DNA of 63,285 bases, filler included, from Atractiella rhizophila (lineage: Eukaryota), in NCBI GenBank assembly GCA_021432655.1. It is 7 parts of 7 records of this genome, joined end to end, with 100 filler letters (N's around TTAATTAATTAA, not from the genome) between each part and the next. Parts side by side here need not be neighbours in the genome. Positions count along the whole stretch, not along the records: positions 33,014 to 43,896 come from MU272057.1; positions 43,997 to 50,375 come from MU272058.1; 5 more parts are not named here. The stretch is one strand, 5' to 3'. The notes beneath the pieces were generated by a model. The model was not told the DNA's origin, ran no database searches, and saw nothing but the letters and a program-made list of their open reading frames with translations. Shown here in pieces: positions 36,228 through 49,065 of the stretch (positions within the stretch are counted from its first letter, which is position 1; every line of letters starts with the position of its first letter). The position numbers and the translations under genes were made by a program.

Positions 36228-38621
36228 ATGGAATTGCATCCCCCTGCCAATGCTGACGATGGCAACAGCCTCGGCAACATTCCTAATAACAACTTGAACG
36301 CAACCAATGATGTCGCCATCGATGCCCTCCAGGGAGATATCCCTCTTCAGCAAGCTGATATCGCGCTTGGAAATGGCTCCATATCTGAAGAAGCGACCGG
36401 CAAGCCAAAAAACTCGGTTGTATACACTTGGGAGAATCGGGGGTCACCACCGACTGAGGGCGAGACGACACCAGCAAAGGTCCCAATATCATGCCTGTGC
36501 TGCAAAGCCCAGTCAGTACTCTCTTTTTCAACAAGATACCAGTTGCTTTGCACCTCTTTGTCTTCCTTTTTCCTTTTTGCGCTATTTCCCCTCCGTTACT
36601 CCCTCGTCCTCGTTCATTCAGCTGTGTCCACTGACACAGTTGCGAATGGAACAGGAAGAAGAAATGTAACGGGCAAGCCAAGAGAGCATGCACCCGTTGC
36701 GTGAATAAGTGGGAGAAATGGGTTCAGACCGTTGCGAAGGGCAAAGTGCCGAAGGAGACAGAGATGGGAGTCTGCGAGTATAGGGCAAATTCGCAGTGTG
36801 TTCCTCCTTGCTGATCTTCTATTCGTTTCACTCCCAAGGTGCCCTGTGACTGAGTACGAATTGTTGGATAGAGAGGAGACGAACGCGATAAAGGCGCTAA
36901 GGAATAGAAAGAGCCCGGGTGGCAGCATCGAGAAGCAAGGGAACTTGATGGCGCCAAAGAGGAAGAGACTCGCTCCAGAGGATGGTACGAGGAGTGAGAC
37001 CAACGAGACAGGGATGAAGAAGATGAAGACGACCCAAAGCCCTCCTGAACACCAAACAATGTCCTAGGTAGACGTCTCGAACTTGAATTGGCTTGCCAAC
37101 CTTTATCATGCCAATGCCGCACGACCCATGGCTCCTTGCTCTGCCGTCGATCCCGTAATTAATCCTTATCTAACCATACATCAGTCGCAAAACGGAGGGA
37201 TGGAGACGGGCGGTTTCGTACCACACATTGTACAAAGTGGACCCCATGTCCCAGAAATCCTCATTCTCGGGGAAGCAAACCGATTGAATCCATGGTCAAA
37301 CCCCAGCGGTTGGAATCAGGCTGCGATGAATCCAGTTGCGATGAATCCGACTTCTGCGAATCCGATTGCGATGCATCAGCCTGTAATGAATCCGATTGGG
37401 CAAGAATTTCACCTAGAGGAGCAAGCTAGATCCATCCCTCAACTCATGTCGTACCCCACTCTCCACCCTCAGAATGGCGACATTCCTCCGCCGATGTCTG
37501 ATTGCAATCAAGGAGGGGATCTCCCTCTTGTCTCCAATGTTCTAGGCTGCGGGAACGGCATTAATGGATCTTTGAATGGCCAACTTGAGCCGTCGGCGTT
37601 GCCTTTCAACCAACCCTTGAGCTCCCATCCCACAAACCTCGCGCCCCCTGCGGCAACAGCGACCGCTCTACAGCCTTTCTGGGAAAGTGGGATTCCTGTC
37701 TTTAACGGTAATATGTCATCCTGTGATGCGAAAAGCGTGTCCAAGATCGACTTCGAGAACGGAGTAGGATTGAACTTCGAGTTTGGAAATCCTGCAACGT
37801 CTGGTGTTGGAGTCGATGCAGATGTTTCATCCCTCTTTGATAAAACTGGTACGATAGGAGGTGAAAGTCTGAGCCGCGTGGATCTGGACGAGTTGTTGAG
37901 AACGATCGAGCCCACCAATAAAGATCCCCTGGTTGAACATGCCCAAGCTGGAGTCGGTATGGCTGGTCATGGAAAGCAAGATTTGCCTTCCGTTCACCAA
38001 AACGCCGCTCTTGCTCAAGCAGATATCAATGGTGGAATACACAGGCCCTCTGACATGACTTTATCTTCCTCTGCATCGTGCAGTGCCGCCAAGTTTCCTC
38101 AACACACCAGCGCTGTCGTCACCTGGGAACAACTCAGGGCAGACGGTGAAAATTTCTTCCTTGATTCGAGTGCGAGGACGATGGAGGTAGAGGCGAAGGT
38201 GACTTCTGGCGTCCTCGAAGGACTCAGACAGGCGAAGGACGGTGCGAGCGCGGGCGTGAATCTGACAGACGAAAGAGGAGACTTGTACGACGGCAACCAA
38301 AGCCAGTCAGCTGTTATAAGGGGTCAGCAAACTCACGAAGGGGCGACTAACGGCTCTCACGGAGGAGCGTTACTGTCAAACGAGTGGAACTTGTTTAACT
38401 CCTTCAATGAAGATTCCCCCATCAACATCCCCTCGTCTTCCTCTCCAATCTCCTTCTCGCCTTTCTTGCCGCTTCCACAACCAGGATCTTCGTCGCAAGA
38501 TCAGGAGAGCGTAGATTATAACAATGGAATTGACGAGGAATGGGATATTTCCAAGTTCTTGACTGATTCTGGAGACATTTCGGTCGACAAGGTCGTTGCT
38601 ACCATGTCCGACGAACAATAA
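36228..38621 (+). CDS. Zn(II)2Cys6-like transcription factor interrupted by an in-frame TAG (37065-37067)
   Basis: Spliced CLCCKAQKKKC-x7-CTRC-x24-CEY, PKRKR NLS-like motif and acidic/aromatic tail. Confidence 0.7.
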
Positions 38622-40865
38622 CCGTTGTGCCGTGATAGAATAGATTCAGTGACGTGTGCTATTGACTTCGATTTTCAATTGCTTGATCGTTCCTGCAAGT
38701 TCTTTTAACCTGTAATACACAGATACTCAACATACAACATTGCGAATTACCTAGTTTTCCGTTTGCCTTTCCCTTTCATTTCAATCTGTCCACTCGCAAG
38801 TTCAGTAACATCGAGCTAGTGTACTAGTTTGTAACAGCCCATCGTACCCTCATGTAAGGGTTTAACAGAAATGTGAGGAAAGTTCATCATTCAGTAATTC
38901 AGATATAACGCTTCAACGTGCATTCAATAAGATTCAATATGGGTTGCATTGACAAGGATAGACTATTCGAAGTCTACCTTTTGTCTTCACCTGCATTGTC
39001 GACCTATCAGTGAAAAAGCTGCCCTTGTCAGCTCTTTTGTTACATGCTTTCCATGTCACGGCAATACACGGCCATTGCCAATAAACCTTTATCTACTGCA
39101 GCACTTTTACATGCTCGAACTTGGATAAGACTCTACGCCGGAATGCTAGGCTTTCCAAACCTTTGTTACAGAGCTGTGACTAAAGACCTTGCTAAGCTGT
39201 ATTCACATCCTTTGCCCCTTACCCACTAGGCGAAACGTGACGGGGAACTGCTGGTGAAGTCATCTTCAACGTTTTGGCGAGGAACTACATGATGAAACAC
39301 CACTGTATTGACCACGAAGCGGCCGACGGCCAGAAGTCATGTCTACCTGTAGATAAAGGCTCAGACGATGCTGGATATCCTCTGCAAGTGTAGCCTTACG
39401 CTCAACTGCGCTTTGTTCAATAGGAGCGGTTTGAGGGCAGTATCAAGACACGAAATATGCTTGCAATTCCTTCCCCTTGGCTGTGCGTGAATTTCTTGAA
39501 ATCAGTTGTTTGAAAAATAACAACGGAGACCTTTTGTCTTCGCTTCAAGAGACGGCATCCCCGCGAATACAGCAGGAGACTCATCCTGTGTTGATTCTTG
39601 GAAGAAAAGAAGACAGGGTACAAGGCGACAACGCAATTGTTTACGGCTAAATTGTAGACAACAAGCTCCTATGCCTATTTAATATGATCTCTATATAAAG
39701 TAGGCGCTCCCACCTGACCAACCATCAATAGTTCACAAGAAAGTACGCGTGACATTCACATCTCAACTAAAGGCGGCTAAAGTTGGTAATGCAAGTTGAG
39801 CAACGCCCAGCTGCCATAGAGCTCGGAAACTATGCATTTGATCAAACAGCACCGATAAAATACCTAGGGGAGCAGAGAGATTTGTAACAGGCAGTGTAGG
39901 ACGATCGGACGACTCGTAGGATCTCAAAAGACCTCACTAACTTTCGACAGGCGAGACTTGGGCAAGACTGCATTCTAACCCGATAGAAATCCGCACTACC
40001 AACTCACCCTCGTGCCCCTCATCCTAGCATTGTTCACGCGACTCTAATCTCTCTCAATCGGGTCTCCTAAAGCGCTTATTCCTCGTGTTCGTCGTCGAAA
40101 GCGAGATTTTTGTTTGTGACGAACGCCGCGTCAAAGCAATTTAGCTTTCTGAGAAGCAACTTTAAACTTTTTCTAAACGACCAGTCTTCCCAACCGGGTA
40201 CGCCCCTGACAAACCTTTACCAGCTCAGCCACTCAGCTTGAGTCTGGTTTCTGTGAGACTAACTCTACAGCCAGAGTGTGAAGCTGCAAGAACCACTTTG
40301 CGGCTGTTTTACTCGATCACTTCGTTGGAAGCGGTTGATTCTCTCAAGTCCTTGACAGAATTCAACCACACCATCCAATTGCCTCCAAACTCATCCAGCC
40401 ATAATATGCAAATTCACGCCATCAACTTTTTCGATACCTTTCACGAAGCCTGGCCGATACACCAACCGTCCATTCCGAAATTGCGTTTTCAATTTTGCGA
40501 CAACCGACCCCAAATCACATTTCCTTTCCACACCAAAAATTTATTCTCAGAGCCATCTCCCAAGAAGACCAGGAAGGGAGACAGGGTGGAGCCTTAGAGC
40601 GTCGTCTCTTCCTGAAGAAGCGGCGTTCTGAGGACGCAAACCGATTCAATCACCAACCAATCACCAAACGACTTCGAACGATCGAAGAAATCAGAGACCG
40701 AGGGAACTCCACAACACTTACCTATCTACGTCTATCGATAGAAGCGAAAAGAACGAATCAAATCGAATACAGAGTTTCAAAATCAAGTCACACGAGCACC
40801 GAGCGACCAAAGACATCGTATCACAACTGCTCAAAATCTTACTTTAAGAGAAATTGCTTATTGAA

Positions 40866-43800
40866 ATGAGGGGATCACCTATTTCTAAACCCAGTGAGCC
40901 TTCCCTTCTGAGGTTGTGAAGTGGGGATTCGATTGCATGACGGATTTTTTCTTTCCTTCTTTTGAGAACCGACCAAATGCTTACTGGGTGCCTTGACAAA
41001 GGTATTGAAAGAGGACGCTTTTTTATGCGGGAAATCTGCCTTTAACTGGTCTTGAAATTTCTTTCACTTGTGGCGATTTCATCGATGCATAACTTTAGCC
41101 AAGCGAGCGCGTCCGCTAACTACGCACTGAGTTAAATGAAAGTTAATCTATTCTTGAGCTACTTCAATGTGTGCCTTGAGGGTGGTTGGTCTAAAAAGAT
41201 CATTTAGTCGCTTGATGCTTTGACTTTCGTTCGGTTGATGATTCGACCGTGACTCCAGTTGGACCTCATGACATTGGGTTCTGCATCATTAAGCATCGAT
41301 ACTCTTACTTCAATGATTTCAAGGCACTGCCGGCTGAACGCAATTTTGGTGTGAAGGTGTCAACTATGGCGCACATTGAGTTAAAACCTGTATAAAAGGT
41401 GTTGGGTAGAAGTTTTCTTGATTATTCGGTTGGAACCCGAATTCTCGACGTTATGTGACCTGGTTGAATTTCAATTGACCAAAACCCTGACAGTTCGACC
41501 GTCCGCCCAAAACTTTCACCACTCCTCCCTGCATCACTCCCACTCTCCTCCCAGCCCTGTGCCGCGCCAGCGCTCGTTCCATACACCACCACCGGCCATC
41601 AAAGATATCGAAAACAAATCGAGGCTCACGAAAAAAGACGAAACCAAGGAGAAAAGGAAGGAAAAGAAAGAAAAAAACTCAGACGGCCGTCCTTCGTACC
41701 CGAACCAGAAGCAGATTCCTAATGGTCCTGGGACAGGTTCAACAACCAATGTGACTGCTGAAGTTGGAGGAAGAGGAGGAAGGGAGAAGGGGAAAAACAA
41801 GATAATGGAAGAGGAAGATGAAGACGACACGGATGAAGACTTCCAAGGGACGTTGAGGCGACTCCTCCCCTCAACGTCCGCGTCTACATCTGTAATCAAG
41901 GCCAGCGAATCCGGAGCTTCAACTCCCCGTCCCCAGACGTTGAAGCTCAAGCTCAAGCTTCCGCCCGGCGCGCAAGCGCAGGTGAGAAAGCCGAGCGCAG
42001 AAAAAAAGGTGGCGTTACCTGGAGGCGGGAAGGTGAAGACCACCAAGGTGTTGAGAAAGTTCAAAAGGAGGGACACAGCGGACGAAATGGACACTGACGG
42101 AGAAGAGTCGTCTCTGTCCGAAGTGAAGAGTGTGGGCGATGGGAAAGAGGGAGAAGATGCGAAGGGATACTACGAATCCTCGGAAGGGGAAGATTCGGAG
42201 GAAGAAACAACTGAGGTGGTGGTCATAACGGAGTTGCCGCCCCATCCTGGAAAAGCCCCAGAGGAAGGCGGAGTCGTCACCTGGAGCGATTATGAGCTGG
42301 AAGACTTCGTCGATGGCGGATGGGCGATCGAGGTTTCTTCTCCCGAATTGAAAGGCGTTGACGACGAAATGTGGTTTTCCAAGTTGGACTCTCAAGGTCC
42401 CAGTGAGGCAGAAGATGGCGATCATCCTCTTCTCGTCATCGACTCCTGGAACGGTCTCGACACCACCGAGGACGACAGGGCCAACAGCGATTTGCTTTCA
42501 GAAGACGACGGCGAGACAACCGACAGTCTTGACGAGGATGATCACGTCGCGTTGGTTCGGTTTGGTATTGAGGTTGAAGAGCCGCCTGTGGAACCTCTTA
42601 TCCCAATGACGACCTCCCTCGCGGAACTGGAGCTCTCTGGCCAACCGTCCCCCGACGAAGCGATGTCCCCTCCTTCTGCGTCGGATAATAACCAGGCTGC
42701 TCCTCACTCCCTTCCTGCGGAACTGTCTGCTACAATCTCTATGGAAGCATTGGCCAATGATCCTGAAAAGGTGTTGACAGAGGCAGCGAAGAGCTTAGGC
42801 GTTGACCTAGAAACCGCAGCCAGTATCCTTACAGGAGTGGGAATGTCCGTCATCTTTACGCACGAAGGCGGGAGCTCACCCAGTTCCAAAAGGAAGCTTC
42901 GTCATAAGCGAAAGAAGAAGGAAGGGCAAGAAAGGTCTCTGAGGAAGGTGACGGCAAAGAATTTGACGGAAACTGATGCGCCGTCTGAACCTGTGATGGG
43001 GACGTTCCTTATCCATTCTGATAGCGGGAGGTCCGTTATCGATGGGAAGAAACCGCCTGCCAGCCCCTTCTCGAGAAAACCAGGCTCCGTTCGACCCTCT
43101 AGAGCCAATAGCTCAGAAAGGGTAAGCCATTAGATTAACTAACCCCGTGGTCGTGTTACTGATGCTGATTTCATAGAATCGTACCCCCCTCGCTTCTCGC
43201 CGTCGAATGTCGGACACCTCTGTCACGTCTGCTGGGCCTAGCTACCCGCCGACGAACGCGTTCGGGAGTCCGTTCAATTTCCAACCGATGGTCTTGGACG
43301 ATGTTTTGGATGACTCTGCCCCGTTTTCTGATACACAAGATGGAGTTGAGACACCTCTGGCACTCTCAAGATGGGATAGGGTCCCAATCGGCGCCTTTAG
43401 GAACCAAACTACGAGAAATTCTGGATATCCTTTGAGTATGGATTTCTTTAGCTCTCCTATGGTGACCGGTCCTACGTCTTCCTCTTCCAACGGTCATCGA
43501 GAACGATCCAACTCGCTCTTACCTCCCGTTCTGCTTCCCATGTTCGGTCAAGAGGAAACTTCAGTCAAGTCTAGGAGAGCCAGACGCAAGGAAAAGAAAT
43601 CGAAATCCACTATCTCTCGATCTCAAAGCCTCAAGGAACCGTATCGTGTTCGCTCTCCTTCGCGAGGGAGAGACAGGAGCCATTCTGCAGCGGGAGCCCA
43701 TGGAACCGGACCTATTGAACTGTCAGAGAAAAATCTTCAGACCCTGGTTGAAGGTACTCCTCATTTGCAATCTCTCCCTCTACCTTCCGCCCATCTTCCT

Positions 43801-43893
43801 GCATTAGACGATACCCTTTTCAAGGAGGTCTCGTTGGGGTTAGCGTCAGCGCACATGGACTTGTCTGGAGATGTCATGATGAACGAACTTTAA
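40866..43893 (+). CDS. Ifh1/Crf1-like acidic transcriptional regulator
   Basis: EDDGETTDS, PVMGTF and RVPIGAFRN resemble conserved Ifh1/Crf1 blocks (from recall). Predicted first exon 40866-40893 splices in phase to 41494. Confidence 0.6.
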
Positions 43894-43896
43894 ATG

Positions 43897-43996
43897 NNNN
43901 NNNNNNNNNNNNNNNNNNNNNNNNNNNNNNNNNNNNNNNNTTAATTAATTAANNNNNNNNNNNNNNNNNNNNNNNNNNNNNNNNNNNNNNNNNNNN
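43897..43996. other. Artificial contig linker
   Basis: N-TTAATTAATTAA-N. Confidence 0.98.
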
Positions 43997-45632
43997 GGAC
44001 CTGGGCAGTGGGAGAAGCTGAAGGGGACGGAGCAGGCATATCTGAAGGAGAGTTATGTTGATGTTCTTATGGAGGAAGAGGACAGCGAGGAATCACAGGA
44101 GGAGGAGGATCAAGTAGAAGACAACGATGAAGAAAGTAAGCTGGCTCCCGTTTAGCATCTTAAAGATTCATATTCATTATGGCGTGTGAAGCCGAAGAGA
44201 GCGAAGAGGAGGAGGACGAGCCAGAACCTGTCCCAGGCGAGAAAAATGCGAACCTTGAAATAGGGTACAAGGATCGCACTTTTGTGACGCGGTGAGTTCC
44301 AGTGTCTCTATGCACTTGTTACTCTGCTGATGTGCCAATGTGAAGGGGTAACATGGTTGGAGTGTTCAGCAACGACAATGAGGGGAAAAAGCTTCAGTTC
44401 GTCACCAACATAGCAAACATTCGAGACAAAAAGAACCGAGCCATCCTACCCGACAAAGTCATGCTCCATCAACAAGACACGAATCTCATCCTCAAAGATC
44501 CACTTCGGCCAGACACCCTGTACATGCTAGACCTGGAGACTGGCAAAATCGCAGACGAAATGCGAGTCTCAGAGGACATGATAGTAAAGACATTTGCTCC
44601 CAACGCCAAATTCGCTCAGCAGGATCCGGAGCAAACCTTCACCGGCCTTTCGTCTAACACCATCTTCAGAGTGGACCCACGGTTGGGTGGTGATCGAATC
44701 GTTGGCGCTGAAAGCAAGACGTACTCGGGAAAGCCACTCTTCTCCTCGGTTGCGACTACTGGGGCTGGTGGGATTGCGTTGGCGAGCGAAAAAGGAGAGA
44801 TCAAGCTCTTTGATCGGTTAGGAATCAGGGCTAAGACTGCTCTACCTGGAAGCGGAGAGCCCATCACTGCAGTGGATGTGAGTGCAGACGGTAAATATTT
44901 GGTCGTCACGGTACGCTCTCCCTCTCTTGTGGGAGCCATCGTCATTGAAGAGGCAAAAATAGGGCAAGGACCACTTGCTGTTCATAGATACCACGATCAG
45001 GGAAGGCAAGAACAAGGAAGAAAGTGGTTTCAACAAGTCTTTCCCGGCAGATGCCAAGCCAAAGCCAATCAGACTCAAGCTCAAACCTGAGCATCGTCTC
45101 ATGATGGGAGGCGATAGCGTCTCGTTTACCCCCGCGAAGTAACTATCGCTCTTCCTTCCTGTCTCCGTCCTGACAGACATGTGCAGGTTCAACACAGGCA
45201 AAGATCTCAAGGAATCGTCCATCGTCACCTCTACTGGACCTTTCGTCCTGACATGGAATGTGCGCCGCGTTATTAACGGTCATACTGAGTACAGAATATC
45301 AAAGTGCGCTCCTCCTCTATTAACAGAACCATCTTGATAGTTATGCCTCAGGTTTAATGATAACGTCGTTGCTGAGAATTTCCGGTTCGGAGGCGACAAG
45401 GAAATTGTGAGCACTGTTTATTCTTCATGTAGTTGTTTTCTGACAATCTTTTCCAGATCGTTACTCTCCCATCTCAGGTGTTGAAAGCCCAGAGCAGCAC
45501 GTTTACACGTTCGCATTCTGTTGCTCTCCAGGTGCTCCCGCTTCTGCTGACGTTTCAATAGAACCGACAACTGAGGCTTTAACTCGTCGATCAGGACGCA
45601 GAGGAGAAGGAATTGTGAAGAAATGGTCCTGA
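43997..45632 (+). CDS. VID27: Vid27 family protein, 3' part
   Basis: IGYKDRTFVTRG, KVMLHQQD, LDLETGKI, FRVDPRL, IKLFDRLGIRAKTALP, VDVSADG, LKLKPEH, FNTG, ENFRFG. Confidence 0.93.
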
Positions 45633-45875
45633 CGGTCTAATCGTTGAGTAGGGTAGATATGCTGCTATTATAGATATGGGTGTTTTGGGCTCTGTTGTGT
45701 GGTCATGGTTTGCTTCACATTCTGCTTTGTTTCGCCTGATCTTCAAAGTATGAGAGTCACCAATGTAATCCTAGGCTTCATGCCGGTGTCGATACAAATA
45801 CAATGCAATACCAAAGGAATATTGTACATTTTGTGGAACGGTGAAGGAGCGGTCATCCCCTCACACCCGCAACCG

Positions 45876-47559
45876 TCATTTCGAGCGTCTTTGTCTGATC
45901 CAAAAGATGAACGACAGGACGGCGACAATGCCATCAAGACCCGCCATCAAAGCAAACGGTGCTCCTGGTAACTCATCAAAGAGCCATCCACCCAACCGTC
46001 CAATGATGAGAATTCCAAGGCCACCAAAAACCGTACTGCCTCCTCCTATTCCACCTGCCACCTCTTCGGCCTGTGCGCCTTGTTTTGACAAAAGTTCTGA
46101 TCGAGCTTTGCTCAGCAAAACGAGGCTTCCAACAATCCCTCCTATCTGCGCAAATCCAAGAAGGACGGCGTAAACCCAGACCATGGGATGCCTCGGATCG
46201 GAAGAGGGTAGAAGAGCGATACCAGTGAAGGAGATGGAGCCGCAGATAAAGGGAAGAGTGACTCCTAGGGGCAAGGACGGGATAAGGGGAGACAGAAGGA
46301 GGGTAAGAAGCTCGATCACGCCGTTCAGAGAAGCAATGTGATGATAAGCCTGAGGGCAAGATTTCGGGATGGATGGGTCGGTGGAAGGTGGACACAATGA
46401 GGAACGGAGGTAGAACGTCGTGATGAGCAGGGGGATGAACAGAGTGATGACTATTTCTCATATTAGCTGGATCACTTGGGAAAGGAATAGATCTCACCGA
46501 TTGTCTGAGCACGAGAAGCAAAGGAAGTGACATACGCTAGCCGAAGCGGAGGCGACGACGTGGCAAGGCTGAAACTGCGAAAGAGGGAGAGGACCTTCTC
46601 ACTCAACGACGGTGGATTTTGAGCCTTCAAAGCTGGAAAGCGCAGAGTCTGAGAAACGACAAAGGCCATTCCCAGTGCGAGTATAGCCACGAAGAAGTAG
46701 GTGTATATCAGACCATGAGAAAGTGTGATGCTGAACCGCTCAGAGAGAATAGGTGGCAGACGGAGGAAAAAGAATACTGTGCAGTACTTAGTCAGTATTT
46801 CAGTGGTGAGAAAAAGAGCATACCGGCTACTAGAGCACCGCTGCCAGTGCCAACACCAACCCAACCAGCAAGTTTACCACCTTCTCGCTTAGGGCTGAAA
46901 CGCCTCGTATTCCCCTCCACCTCTCCTTCTGACTCGAGCAACGGCGCCGTCTCACTTGCTTCTTCGCCAACCTTCACCTTCTCAACCTTCCCCATCCCAC
47001 TCAAGACTGCAGGAATCATGGTGACCAAAGCGCTTCCTCCGGCAGCGAATACAATTCGAGCGAAGTAAGGATTTGGTTGGAGGACGAAGAGAGGAAGGGA
47101 AATGGCGATTAAGAGGTGCCCAATTGAAGAAACGAAGCGTGGCGAACGGACATCAGAAAGATGCCCCCAAAGGAGAGCTGGTCAGTATCAATAAATGACC
47201 ACTGCTGCAAGAGGATATAAAGTACGTACCAAGTGGTAACGCGATTAGCTCGTGAAGAAGGGTCAAGCTTCCAACAACGTCGCCAGCTTTGTCTAATGCT
47301 AGGTTAGCATAATGAACAATGCAATAATCCGAACTCACCTGATGGATACCCCAACACTTGTGTTAGCAGTAGAGGGAGTGAAGCATTGAGAAAGACGAGG
47401 TATGATACACTACCTCAAAAAGCGCGGTGAGAAACGCTAATTGAGAATAAAGACACACCTGAAAAAAGAAGATAGGATGTACGAGAAGACATGAACCCGT
47501 TTGATTTGGGGAGCCAGTGAGAAATATGCAAGGACCCGGTCAGGGTTACTGTCGGTCAT
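45876..47559 (-). CDS. MFS-type membrane transporter
   Basis: Multiple hydrophobic helices across spliced exons; GKLAGWVGVGTGSGAL, LGFAQIG, GRLGGWLFD..PGAPF. Confidence 0.8.
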
Positions 47560-48299
47560 GGCTGCAGCATCCACATCAACTCAGTTTTCAAGTTGAAAAG
47601 CTAAGCATATAATCACCTTAATTATATAGAGAACACTTTCCTTCTTTTCCTTTCGATGAAGCTTGGGATGTGCAGGTGAAAGCTGCAATGTTTGGAGTGT
47701 TTGGAATGGAATGTTTGCTTGTCAGATAACAGCAGTGGTCGGCCTTCTAACCACCAAAACAAAACGCGACTCTGATTGGAGGGACAACATTGCATTTGTT
47801 GGGACTTCTATGCTTATGGCGATGTGAGTTGGCTTTTGACTTATGGTAAATGGGTCATGTCAGTGAGCTTCGCGTCATTGGGGCTGATTGGTGCAAGTCC
47901 TCAGCAAATTGATCCCTCCGTTTGTTAGTGACTGTCAAGTAGATTGTTTGATGCAAGGACGGTTAGCGTAGGCTTACCAAAGAAGCTGTACCCAAAAAGG
48001 AGCGTCGACTGTTGCGCATCTTGCTCTCGAATAGATGAGCTCTCAAGAGCATACAGGAGGGTTCATGCTAGTTTTCTTTCTGATGAGGAGGCTCACTCTC
48101 GCAGAAATCTGTTCAGGATTACATCCAGTTCAAACCATCGCTGAGCACTGTTCGCTTTCAATGTCATGTTCTTTCCACTTGTTTACAACTTTGGCCCCGC
48201 ACATTCTTGGACACGGGCGATTGCGGAGAACCACTCACACCTCCCACAAAAGAGTGGTGGCCCTTCTTGCATCATCGCTGCCTCCCTCCACTTGCTACC

Positions 48300-48716
48300 A
48301 TGTCGATTGTTATGCGAGCTCCCAGCCAGGGCTCAAACCCCTATCACTTGCCCCACCTTGCGGCCGACGATAAGAGTGGGCCAGTGGTTCAGAAGGCTTC
48401 AGATGCTGTTGCAGCTTATCACCTCCCACGCGCCAAGAACGTCTCTACCTCCACCGCTGAAAGCACTCAGAGCACATCATCTGCTGGAACTGGAGAAAAG
48501 GTGCGTTGCTCCCATGGAATATGGAATTGAGACCAACCTGTTATAGAACGTGAAAGCGAAGAAAACAGACAAGCCACCCCGTAAATCGTCCATTCTCCAG
48601 AAGTAAATCTTTGCCCCATAAACATTCCCCTGCTCACGGATAGTCCCAGAGCGAAACAGTTCTTCCGCCCCGATAGTGAGTTTAAGAAAAACGGAAACGG
48701 GACCAATAATGCTTAA
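48300..48716 (+). CDS. Small hypothetical protein (3 predicted exons)
   Basis: ATG plus two phase-consistent GT-AG introns give a continuous frame. Confidence 0.4.
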
Positions 48717-49065
48717 TGAATTTTAATGAACTGTCATCGGATTTGTATTCTGTCTCACTGCCGTGTTCATATCCGGAGGAATTTCTTGGATTACTTTTGT
48801 GCTTGCAACTTCGTTTGATTGAATAGTACAACGGATACCATTTGTATTGGAACAGTCATAGGAGTAAGACAATACAGACAGAAACACGGGGAGAAGTTTA
48901 GTTTTCAGATGAGATGAAATGACATGACAACAAATTGGCTGTGAACTAAAAATGAGGTTGCAGCGACAAAACTAATGCGATGGAAAGTTAGACAAAGAAA
49001 ATCGAAATGGGATGAAACCTCTCTCGGTGCTCGTACAACATAGTGCAAGATGCCTGAAGAAGTTG

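Noticed and set aside
38951..38985. Intergenic hairpin gacaagga-tagact-attcga-agtcta-ccttttgtc
   Set aside because: Isolated and imperfect, with no tRNA or other ncRNA context.
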